A stretch of DNA of 37,838 nt from a virus (Duplodnaviria > Caudoviricetes). The translations under genes and the position numbers were made by a program. This document shows, in pieces, positions 8,851 to 16,579 of this stretch. A model generated the notes under the pieces. It did not search any database. It had not been told where the DNA came from and saw only the letters and a program-made list of their open reading frames with translations. Position 1 is the first letter of the stretch, and each line of letters starts with the position of its first letter. The DNA lies in IMG/VR virus record IMGVR_UViG_3300048856_000128, positions 1-37,838 of that record, one strand, 5' to 3'.

Positions 8851-9324
8851 ATGCAGATGAACTTCCCGCCCCAGCTCGTCGCGCTGACCCTCACCGCGAC
8901 GCACAAGACCCAGACCGGCGCGCCGGCCGAGATCGTCGAGCTCGGCGAGATCGAGGTGCCCGTGACCGTCGGTGGTGAGGGCGCCAACCTCACCCTCTCG
9001 ATCGACGGTGACGGCTTCATGCGCGCGATGGCCGCGAAGCTGCGCAAGGCGGCCGACGAGATTGACGCCGAATTCCCCGCGTCCAGCGACGCCGTGCGGC
9101 CGCCCGCGACCGAGCAGACGGCACGCCTGAGCGTCAACCTCAACCTGGAGACCGCCGACGCGCTTCGCGCGATCGCCGACGAGGTCGGTGGCGAGTCCGA
9201 GGCCATGCGTCGAGCGATCGGCCTCATGAAGCACCTCGCCGACGTCCAGCGCGGCGGCGGCACGGTGGAGGTGGTTGGCGACGACGGCCGCTCGCGCCTG
9301 GACGTTCTCGGCGGCGTGGCGTGA
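8851..9324 (+). CDS. Protein with C-terminal ribbon-helix-helix-like domain
   Basis: RLSVNLNLETADALRAIA...SEAMRRAIGL; RBS GGAGG. Confidence 0.7.
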   Translation: MQMNFPPQLVALTLTATHKTQTGAPAEIVELGEIEVPVTVGGEGANLTLSIDGDGFMRAMAAKLRKAADEIDAEFPASSDAVRPPATEQTARLSVNLNLETADALRAIADEVGGESEAMRRAIGLMKHLADVQRGGGTVEVVGDDGRSRLDVLGGVA

Positions 9325-9458
9325 GCACCGCCGTCGTCATCACGCTCACCGCGGCCGCCGTCGTCGTGGCCGCCTCGCTGACTGTCGTGGCGCTCGCGGC
9401 CGTGGAGGCTTCCGCCGCCCGCCGGCAGCTGCGCGGCCGCGGGCAGGGCGCCGCGTGA
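9321..9458 (+). CDS. Small single-TM protein (45 aa)
   Basis: GTGA overlaps at both ends; hydrophobic N-terminus. Confidence 0.6.
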   Translation: MSTAVVITLTAAAVVVAASLTVVALAAVEASAARRQLRGRGQGAA

Positions 9459-9829
9459 CGGCGCCGGGCCGCCCGCCCGTGACGGGCCGACAGCGGGCAC
9501 CGATGACGCCCGAGGAGTACCGCTCCCACGTCGCCGGCGCGATGACCGAGGCCGCCCTCCTCGAGCGCGTGCGCCGCACCGCCCGCGAGCTCGGCTACCT
9601 GACCTACCACACGCACGACAGCCGCCGCTCCGAGCCGGGCTTCCCCGACCTCGTCCTCGTCGGCCAGCGCGTCATCTACGCCGAGCTCAAGCGAACGCTC
9701 GGCCGCGTGAGCCCCGAGCAGAAGAAGTGGCTCGCGGCGCTCGCCGCAGCCGGCGCCGAGACCCACGTCTGGCGCCCTGTCGATCTCCTCGACGGCACCA
9801 TCACCGCCGTCCTGACCCGGAAGGACTGA
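9455..9829 (+). CDS. VRR-NUC family nuclease (resolvase-like)
   Basis: GFPDLVLV...AELKR..GRVSPEQKKW PD-(D/E)xK motif; start could be further downstream. Confidence 0.9.
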   Translation: MTAPGRPPVTGRQRAPMTPEEYRSHVAGAMTEAALLERVRRTARELGYLTYHTHDSRRSEPGFPDLVLVGQRVIYAELKRTLGRVSPEQKKWLAALAAAGAETHVWRPVDLLDGTITAVLTRKD

Positions 9830-9831
9830 CC

Positions 9832-10302
9832 GTGCCGAGCACCGCCGCACGCACCGCACCGCTGCACCGCGCCCAAGACGTCGTCGACGCCCGCCGCTGG
9901 TTCGTGTACTCCCACGTCGAGGCTGGCTCGGGCTGGTTCGAGAACGTCGAGGCCGCCGAGAACCTCTTCGACGGCATCGCCCACGGCCTAACCCGTGAGG
10001 TCGTGCTCGAGTGGGCCACCAACATGCGCCGCGCCGACGAGCCGTCCGTCGGCCCCACCGAGTCGGGGACCACGCCGGCTGCCCGCGCCGCGGCCGTGAT
10101 CGCCGCCCGCCTCCACCGCGACGTCGAGCAGCTCGACGTCGACCTCGCCCGCGACATGCTCTCCGCCGCCCTCGACCGCGACGAGCTGGCCCGCGCGATC
10201 GCCGCCTCCGACGGCAACGGCCCGGTCGAGTTCAACACCTACCGGACCCCGTACCGCCGCAACGCCGACGGCGTCATCGAGCACCTGTTGCGGCAGACGT
10301 GA
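9832..10302 (+). CDS. Hypothetical phage protein
   Basis: RBS AAGGA; high GC3. Confidence 0.7.
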   Translation: MPSTAARTAPLHRAQDVVDARRWFVYSHVEAGSGWFENVEAAENLFDGIAHGLTREVVLEWATNMRRADEPSVGPTESGTTPAARAAAVIAARLHRDVEQLDVDLARDMLSAALDRDELARAIAASDGNGPVEFNTYRTPYRRNADGVIEHLLRQT

Positions 10303-10481
10303 CCGGCCCCCGGCGCTCGCGGCCCTGCACCTCGTGCGGCAAGGCGCCGGCCCGTCTGTACGCCGGCGGCTGGCGGTGTGACGAGCACGCGCCGCCGCGG
10401 CAGCCGGCCCCGCCGCCGGGCACGACCCTCGCGGAGATCCGCGCCCGCTACGAGCAGCAGAAGGAGGTGACCACCACGTGA
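10299..10481 (+). CDS. Small Cys/His protein
   Basis: CTSCG...WRCDEH; GTGA overlaps. Confidence 0.65.
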   Translation: MTGPRRSRPCTSCGKAPARLYAGGWRCDEHAPPRQPAPPPGTTLAEIRARYEQQKEVTTT

Positions 10482-10570
10482 CGACGACCCCGAACCCGCA
10501 GCCCCTGCGCTGCGAGTCCTGCGGCGGCGTGATCAACCCGATGACCGGGGAGTGCCGCTGCTCCGACTGA
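10478..10570 (+). CDS. 30-aa Cys-rich peptide (not in ORF track)
   Basis: RBS AAGGAGG; VTTTPNPQPLRCESCGGVINPMTGECRCSD*. Confidence 0.6.
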   Translation: MTTTPNPQPLRCESCGGVINPMTGECRCSD

Positions 10571-10606
10571 CCCACCCGACCCGACTCCCGGAAGGAGCCG
10601 CACCGC

Positions 10607-11722
10607 GTGTCCTGGACCCGCGGCGGCGACAGCGCCGCCACCCACCCCGACCTGATGAGGGTCGCGGGGCATGACCCGGAGGACGAGCGACTCCTCAACG
10701 AGGTCGCCGGCTTCGTCTTCCGGTGCTACTTCCAGGTCGCGCTTCACACCACCGACTACGTCGTCGACCCGGGCACCGCGATGACGATGGGCCTGTCGCG
10801 TTGGCGGCAGCTCGTCGCCCACGCGGTGCGCGCCGGCCTCATGACCGAGGTCGACGTCGACGGCATCACGCACTGGCAGCTCAAGGCCGACGCCGAGTTC
10901 ATCCACGTGCGCACCCGCGCAGAGATCGAGTGGGACCGGCAGCGCAAGCGGGACCTGAGCGACCCGCGCCTGTACGTACAGGTGCGTCTGCGCGACGGCG
11001 ACAACTGCCGCTGGTGCGGCATCCTCGTCCACTGGACGGGCCCGATGACCAACCGCACCGGCACGCTCGACCACCTCAACCCTGGCGAGTCCGGCACGCC
11101 CGACACGCTCGTCGTCGCCTGCGCTCAGTGCAACCAGGGCCGCGGCGCCGACCGCGAGACCTGGGACTCCCGCAAGACACTCCGCCCGGCACCCGACCGG
11201 CCCGTCTACGGCGTCCACACCGCCGGCGTGCTGACACGCAACGGGTGGCCCGTCGAGCCGAACCACCTCAGCGACGACGACCGCCGCAAGGCGCCGTCGG
11301 CAGCGGACCCCGCACGCCCTGATCAGGCTGTGCGACCCGCGCCGACCGGCGACGGCCAGCGTCGGCGCTCCAAGGCAGCAGCGGACCCCGCACGCCCCCA
11401 GGCTGGGCGACCCGCAGCGCCGGCAGCAGCGGACCCCGCACCGCCCCCGCGTGCGACCCGCAGCGCCACCCCGCCGGAGTCTCGCCCGAGTCCCACCCGA
11501 GTCCCGGACTCCCAGTCTCCGGAGACAGGTCTTGTCGGGTCGGGTCGGGAAGGGTCGGTAACCCCCACCACAGAGGACGCCCGCGAGGGCGCTACCTCCC
11601 CCGGCTCAGCACCCGCACCTTCTCGCCAGTCTCAGCCCCAGCAGACCTCGTCCTCTCGCCGTCGCCGTCGTGGCAAGCGTGGAGGTCGCCCTCGCCCCAC
11701 CCCCGGAGGTTCCTCCTCGTGA
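10607..11722 (+). CDS. Putative replication initiator with HNH-like Zn domain
   Basis: RDGDNCRWCG..TLDHL..LVVACAQCN; low-complexity C-terminus containing iteron-like repeats; position in the early operon. Confidence 0.7.
   Translation: MSWTRGGDSAATHPDLMRVAGHDPEDERLLNEVAGFVFRCYFQVALHTTDYVVDPGTAMTMGLSRWRQLVAHAVRAGLMTEVDVDGITHWQLKADAEFIHVRTRAEIEWDRQRKRDLSDPRLYVQVRLRDGDNCRWCGILVHWTGPMTNRTGTLDHLNPGESGTPDTLVVACAQCNQGRGADRETWDSRKTLRPAPDRPVYGVHTAGVLTRNGWPVEPNHLSDDDRRKAPSAADPARPDQAVRPAPTGDGQRRRSKAAADPARPQAGRPAAPAAADPAPPPRATRSATPPESRPSPTRVPDSQSPETGLVGSGREGSVTPTTEDAREGATSPGSAPAPSRQSQPQQTSSSRRRRRGKRGGRPRPTPGGSSS
11300..11461 (+). repeat. Iteron-like direct repeats (candidate origin)
   Basis: GCAGCGGACCCCGCAC at 11300, 11378, 11426 alternating with GCGACCCGC at 11332, 11407, 11453. 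Confidence 0.7.
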
Positions 11723-12633
11723 AGCACTTCGCCCGTTCCTCGCTCCCAAGCTGCAAGGTCGAGACCGGACCCCACGAGCGGCTCTGCGGCAACACCGTCC
11801 CGCCCGGCATGACCGTCTGCGGCGACTGCGCCAACGACCTCGCCGTCGCGCTGCTGTTCGTCGGCCAGACGGGCCGGGCGCTCGAGGCCGCCTACCTCAA
11901 GCAGCAGCGCTTCTCGGCCGACCGCGTCGGCGTCGTCCACCAGCCCGACGAGTCGCCCGTGCACTGGAACAGCCGCGCCGGCGACGTGCGCGACCAGCTG
12001 CTCGCCACGCTCACTGAGGCCGCCGACGCGATCGCCCGAGCCCAGCAGCTCTACCGCCCGCTCAACACCTTCGACGCCCTCGGCTACTTCCTCGCGAAGA
12101 ACGTCCCCTGGATGCGAGCCCAGCACAACGGGCACGACATGCACCGCCACCTCATGGCCGCGCTCGCCGAGGCCGATCGCGTGGTCGACGCCCCGTCCCT
12201 GCGCCGCTTCGTCGGCGAGTGCGGTGCCCTGCTCACCGACGCCGGCGACACCTGCCGCGCCATGCTCTGGGCCCCGCCGTCCCGCTTCCGGGGCGAGGTC
12301 ACCTGCCGCGACTGCGGCACCACCCACGACGTCGAGGACCGCCGGCGCTCGCTGCTCGGCAAGGCCGACAACATGCTGCTCGCCCGCACCGACCTCGCCC
12401 GGGCGCTGTCGGGCTTCGGCGTCGACGTGACGGTGAAGCAGCTCGAGCACTGGGCCGCCCGCGGCCGCCTCGAGCAGCACGGCACGACGTCGACGCGACC
12501 GGCGCGCCCGCTCTACCGGCTCGGCGACGTGCTCGACGTCCTGGCGGCGGACCGCGCCCGCCACGCCGAGAAGGCGGCCGCCCGCCGCGCCACGACCGAC
12601 GTCATCCCCACCACCACAGGAGGAGCACTATGA
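11719..12633 (+). CDS. Zn-ribbon/HTH protein, candidate late-gene activator
   Basis: CxxC pairs; C-terminal HTH (KQLEHWAARGRL..LYRLGDV); last large early gene before the late promoter region. Confidence 0.65.
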   Translation: MKHFARSSLPSCKVETGPHERLCGNTVPPGMTVCGDCANDLAVALLFVGQTGRALEAAYLKQQRFSADRVGVVHQPDESPVHWNSRAGDVRDQLLATLTEAADAIARAQQLYRPLNTFDALGYFLAKNVPWMRAQHNGHDMHRHLMAALAEADRVVDAPSLRRFVGECGALLTDAGDTCRAMLWAPPSRFRGEVTCRDCGTTHDVEDRRRSLLGKADNMLLARTDLARALSGFGVDVTVKQLEHWAARGRLEQHGTTSTRPARPLYRLGDVLDVLAADRARHAEKAAARRATTDVIPTTTGGAL

Positions 12634-12851
12634 GCAACGCTGGCCGCACGGCCGTCCTGACCCTCGGCCGCCTCGCGATCGTCGCAGCGATGGTGTTGGG
12701 CCTCGCCGCGATCTGGATCACCGCCCACTGGTGGCAGTTGCTGCTGAGCGCTCTGCTCGCGCTGGTGATCGGAGCAGCCATCCTCGGCACTCCGTCGCCC
12801 AAGCCGCCTCGACGCGGCCACGACCTGATGCGGTCCGACTGGCCGATCTGA
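12630..12851 (+). CDS. Small membrane protein
   Basis: RBS AGGAGGAG; two TM segments. Confidence 0.8.
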   Translation: MSNAGRTAVLTLGRLAIVAAMVLGLAAIWITAHWWQLLLSALLALVIGAAILGTPSPKPPRRGHDLMRSDWPI

Positions 12852-12874
12852 GCGGCGCGTCAGACGCCCGCCAC

Positions 12875-12967
12875 TTGCGCGGGCCGAGGTTTGGGGAGTA
12901 CCTTCCGTTTCGATGAGCCGTAGTGGCTCCGGAGGCCTCGCAGCACCACCTGGTGCGCGGGGCCTTC
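12875..12967 (+). promoter_or_regulatory. Candidate late promoter with structured leader
   Basis: TTGCGC(12875)-18bp-TACCTT(12899), followed by hairpins at 12916-12930 and 12931-12967. Confidence 0.45.
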
Positions 12968-13058
12968 GTCGTACTCGGGATCGGGTGCGTGCGAGCGGGC
13001 CGGCGTTGGGACGGGCATCCTGGGGCCGCCGGCCCGCTCGCCTTCGAGGAGGTGGGCC

Positions 13059-13340
13059 GTGGCCGCGCGCGACGACCGCTCGTCGAAGGCGATGAAGAAG
13101 CTCAAGCGCGACCAGCGGGCGAAGCGACTGCCGTGCTGGCTGTGCGGGCAGCCCATCGACTACGAGGCCGCGCCTGACGAGCCCGAGTCCTTCTCCTACG
13201 ACCACGCCAAGCCGTGGTCGACGCACCCGGAGCTGCGCCTCGATCCCGGCAACGGACGGTCGGCGCACCTGCGGTGCAACAAGTCGCGCGGCAACCGCGA
13301 CCTCAAGCCGAGCCTCGGCCTCCTCTCGCGCCAGGTCTGA
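13059..13340 (+). CDS. Packaging-associated HNH endonuclease
   Basis: CWLCGQPID..DHAKP..N.RSAHLRCNKSRGN; RBS GAGGAGG. Confidence 0.92.
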   Translation: MAARDDRSSKAMKKLKRDQRAKRLPCWLCGQPIDYEAAPDEPESFSYDHAKPWSTHPELRLDPGNGRSAHLRCNKSRGNRDLKPSLGLLSRQV

Positions 13341-13345
13341 CCGCA

Positions 13346-13416
13346 GGGGTAGGGGCGTTCGGATCGCTGGACGCCGCCGGCCGGACCACTCCACCGGCAG
13401 TGGTCTGTCCCTCCCC
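13346..13416. other. Candidate cos site
   Basis: Non-coding gap after HNH; dyad GACCACT-N8-AGTGGTC (13384-13405) flanked by a G-tract and a C-tract. Confidence 0.45.
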
Positions 13417-13488
13417 GCAAGGACCGACCCCCCTCCCTCGCGGGAGGTGACGTGGCAACGAAAACGGACCCTGACCAGGGAGGACGCC

Positions 13489-13725
13489 GTGCAGCTACCG
13501 GACTGGATCGCGCTCGCGATCGCCGCGGCTCCGTGGCTGATCGGCGCGGCGAGCCTCTACAGCGGAGGGCCTTCCCGGGACTGGCACGCTCTGCACCTCG
13601 TGCGCCGCGGGCATCAGGTGCACGTCCGCACGGATCCGCGTTGCGTGCTCTCCGCCCCTCCGCGGCGCGGCTCGCCGCTCGACCGTCGCTCGCGCGGCGT
13701 CCTCTGCCCCCGGTGCCATGCATGA
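13489..13725 (+). CDS. Small protein with N-terminal hydrophobic helix
   Basis: RBS GGAGG; overlaps the next start. Confidence 0.55.
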   Translation: MQLPDWIALAIAAAPWLIGAASLYSGGPSRDWHALHLVRRGHQVHVRTDPRCVLSAPPRRGSPLDRRSRGVLCPRCHA

Positions 13726-14104
13726 CCGTCGAGCGATTCATGACCGGCGCGAAGCCGGCGGCACCATCCGCGGGATCGCCCGCGACGTCGGCGCCTCGCG
13801 CAACGCGGTGCGCCGCGCGCTCGCGCCGGGCGCGCGCGACCGCTATCACCGCCGCTCCTCGACCGAGGAGGTCGAGCTCGCCGTCCGCGAGGTGCTCGCC
13901 GACTACCCCCTGCTGACGGTCGAGGAGATCGGGCAGCTCGTGGAGTGGCGGCGCTCGCGGCGCACCCTGTCCAACCTCGTGGCCCGGCTGCGGCCGGAGT
14001 ACCTCGAGCGGGCGCAGCAGCACCAGCCGCGCGCGGCCGTCGGCACGCTCCGCGTCGGCACCATGCACGTCGGGACCATGGCCGTGGGGAGGGCGATCTT
14101 GTGA
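13718..14104 (+). CDS. HTH protein resembling the N-terminal DNA-binding region of IS21 IstA
   Basis: IRGIARDVGASRNAVRRAL..VREVLADYP..IGQLVEWRRSRRTLSNLVARLRPEYL. Confidence 0.7.
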   Translation: MHDRRAIHDRREAGGTIRGIARDVGASRNAVRRALAPGARDRYHRRSSTEEVELAVREVLADYPLLTVEEIGQLVEWRRSRRTLSNLVARLRPEYLERAQQHQPRAAVGTLRVGTMHVGTMAVGRAIL

Positions 14105-14718
14105 CCGCACGCCGCTCCCCCAAGAAGCCGCCGGCCCCCCCGGCGCACCTGGAGGACGACGTCGCCGCCGTGTGGCGCGAGGTCGTCGCCGAGCACCAGC
14201 TCGTCGAGCCGATCGACCGGGTCGGCCTCGAGGCGTACTGCACCACCGTGGTCCGCTACCGCGCGGCCGCGGCGAAGGTCGCTGAGGAGGGCCTGGTCGT
14301 CGCCGGCGGCCGCGGCCCGATCGTCCACCCGGCGCTCGCCGTCGAGCGGCAGTTGGCCGACCAGGTCACGGCGCTCGCCGGCCGGGTGCTCCCCCGCCGC
14401 GCGCCGGCGCGCCGCCGCGGCCCGATGTACGACGCAACGAAGGCCTCGGTCGACGCCGCGACGCACCTGTCCTCGGCGAAGTACACCGGCCCGGTGGCCG
14501 CGGTGCTGACCCTCGCGTGGCTGATCGACGAGGCGCAGCGCGCCGGGCTGGACGCCCTGCAGCGCGCGGCGTTCGGCGCCATCCCGTCCTACCTCAAGGC
14601 ATGCGCCGAGCTGCAGATCACGCCGGCGTCCGTCCCGACGACGAAGGACGCGAAGCCGCGCAAGAGCAAGCTGACCATGCTGCGCGGAGGTGCCGATGGA
14701 GCGGAGGCGACAGGGTAG
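14101..14718 (+). CDS. terS: Terminase small subunit (P27-like N-half plus second TerS-like half)
   Basis: PPAHL..VWREVV..LEAYC..EEGLV..HPAL; directly upstream of TerL. Confidence 0.85.
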   Translation: MTARRSPKKPPAPPAHLEDDVAAVWREVVAEHQLVEPIDRVGLEAYCTTVVRYRAAAAKVAEEGLVVAGGRGPIVHPALAVERQLADQVTALAGRVLPRRAPARRRGPMYDATKASVDAATHLSSAKYTGPVAAVLTLAWLIDEAQRAGLDALQRAAFGAIPSYLKACAELQITPASVPTTKDAKPRKSKLTMLRGGADGAEATG

Positions 14719-16348
14719 CGAGACCCCGCGGATTTGGACCAAGCCGCTGCGGCCGCTGACCCCCGAGACGTCCCTGGGCTTCTCCGTCATCGCGTTCGCC
14801 GACGCGATCGGCATCGAGCTCTACCCGTGGCAGAAGTGGCTCCTGATCCACCTGCTCGAGCTGCTGCCGTCGGGGCGGCTGCGGTTCCGCACGGTCGTCA
14901 TCATCGTCGGCCGGCAGAACGGCAAGTCGATGCTGATGAAGGTGCTGGCGTTGTGGTTCCTGTACATCCACGGCACGCGGCTGATCCTCGGCACCGCCCA
15001 AGACCTGGAGACCGCCGAGGGCCTGTGGGAAGAGGCCGTCGAGATCGCCGAGAACGACGAGGAGCTGGCCGAGGAGATCGCCCACGTCTATCGCACCAAC
15101 GGCGCCCACGCGCTGGTGCTGGACTCGGGGAACAAGTACCAGGTCAAGGCGGCGAACAAGCGGGCAGGGCGCGGCAAGTCCGCGCGCGTGGTCTTCCTCG
15201 ACGAGCTGCGCGAGCACTCCTCGTGGGAGGCCTGGGCGGCGATCTCGAACACCACGCTCGCGCAGGAGGAGGCGATGGTCATCGCCCCGTCCAACGCCGG
15301 GACGCTGGAGTCGGTGGTGCTGCGCAGCCTGCGCCGCCTGGCGCACCTGCTGCTCGGCGACCCGGACGGCACCTTCGGCGGCGACGGCCAGGTCCTCGAC
15401 TCGGACGACGTGGTCGGCGACGTCGACGACGATCTGGCGATCTTCGAGTGGTCGGCGCCGCCGACCGCCGACATCTGGGACCGCGACGCGTGGGCGATGG
15501 CCAACCCGTCGATGAACTACATCACCGCCGACGGGCGCAACGCGATGCCTGAGTCGAACATCGCCTCGGCGGCCCGGGCCGCGCAGGCCGACGCCGAGGC
15601 GCGCGGGAAGTTCCTCAACGAGGTCATGGGCCAGTGGATCGACGGCAAGCGCGAGGGCCCGTTCCCCGCCGGCGCCTGGGAGGCCACGCTCGACCCCGAG
15701 TCGCGCGTGCCCGACGACGCCACGCTGTGGTTCGGCCTGGACGTGTCGTGGGACAAGACCACCGCCTACGTCGCCTGGGCGGCGCTGCGCGAGGACGGCG
15801 ACCCGCACGGCGAGGTCACCGCGGCTCGCGCGGGCACCGACTGGGTGGTGCCGTGGTTCGAGCAGCGCGCCAGCGCCGAGCGGCCGCTGACCGTCGTGCT
15901 GCAGGGCCGCGGCGCCCCGGTGTCTGCCCTGGCGGACGACCTCGAGGCGCTCGAGCACGTCACGGTGGTCCGCCTGCAGGGCGAGCACCTCGGCAACGCG
16001 ACCGGGCGCCTGTGGAACCTCGTGCGCGCCGCGCTGCCGGTCACCGACGGCGACGTCGAGCCGCGCCTGCTCGGGTCGGTCTCGCTGCCCGAAGAGGACA
16101 CCGAGCGCGAGCTCGAGGCCGTGCGCGGCCGCCGGCTGCACCGCATGCCGCAGCCGCTGCTCGACGTCGCGGCCGCCGCGGCCGCGGTGAAGGTCTCCGG
16201 CGACGGGGCGATCCTGCTGGACCGCTCCAAGTCGCCGGTCGACATCGCCCCGCTGATCGCCCTGCAGAACGCCGTCTGGCAGGCCACCCAGCCCGTCGAG
16301 GACGGCGGGACGTCGGCCTACGAGGACAACGACCTGATGATCGTGTGA
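14696..16348 (+). CDS. terL: Terminase large subunit
   Basis: PWQ motif, Walker A GRQNGKS, Walker B VFLDELRE, nuclease GLDVS and DIAPLIA. Confidence 0.97.
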   Translation: MERRRQGSETPRIWTKPLRPLTPETSLGFSVIAFADAIGIELYPWQKWLLIHLLELLPSGRLRFRTVVIIVGRQNGKSMLMKVLALWFLYIHGTRLILGTAQDLETAEGLWEEAVEIAENDEELAEEIAHVYRTNGAHALVLDSGNKYQVKAANKRAGRGKSARVVFLDELREHSSWEAWAAISNTTLAQEEAMVIAPSNAGTLESVVLRSLRRLAHLLLGDPDGTFGGDGQVLDSDDVVGDVDDDLAIFEWSAPPTADIWDRDAWAMANPSMNYITADGRNAMPESNIASAARAAQADAEARGKFLNEVMGQWIDGKREGPFPAGAWEATLDPESRVPDDATLWFGLDVSWDKTTAYVAWAALREDGDPHGEVTAARAGTDWVVPWFEQRASAERPLTVVLQGRGAPVSALADDLEALEHVTVVRLQGEHLGNATGRLWNLVRAALPVTDGDVEPRLLGSVSLPEEDTERELEAVRGRRLHRMPQPLLDVAAAAAAVKVSGDGAILLDRSKSPVDIAPLIALQNAVWQATQPVEDGGTSAYEDNDLMIV

Positions 16349-16363
16349 GAGGACGTGGAGCGC

Positions 16364-16576
16364 ATGAGCTGGAGGATCGTCCTCAAGCACCGGGTGGTCG
16401 TCAACCTCCTGACCGGCAACGCCATCGAGGGCGTGCTGCTGCGCCGCTCGGGCCCGCTGCTGGTGCTGGTCGACTGCACACTGCACCCCGTCCAGGGCGA
16501 GGCGGCCAAGGTCGACGGCCAGGTCGTCGTCGAGCGCAGCCAGGTCGAGTTCGTCCAGGCACTGAGCAGGGGGTGA
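16364..16576 (+). CDS. Small Sm/LSm-like fold protein
   Basis: VVVNLLTGNAIEGVL..LLVLVDC..GQVVVERSQVEFVQ resembles the Sm1/Sm2 pattern. Confidence 0.7.
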   Translation: MSWRIVLKHRVVVNLLTGNAIEGVLLRRSGPLLVLVDCTLHPVQGEAAKVDGQVVVERSQVEFVQALSRG

Positions 16577-16579
16577 GCC

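Noticed and set aside
11300-11461. CRISPR array
   Set aside because: Repeats are 16 bp, irregularly spaced, inside a CDS, and there are no cas genes
13718-14104. Active IS21 insertion
   Set aside because: No DDE domain, istB, terminal inverted repeats or target duplication seen
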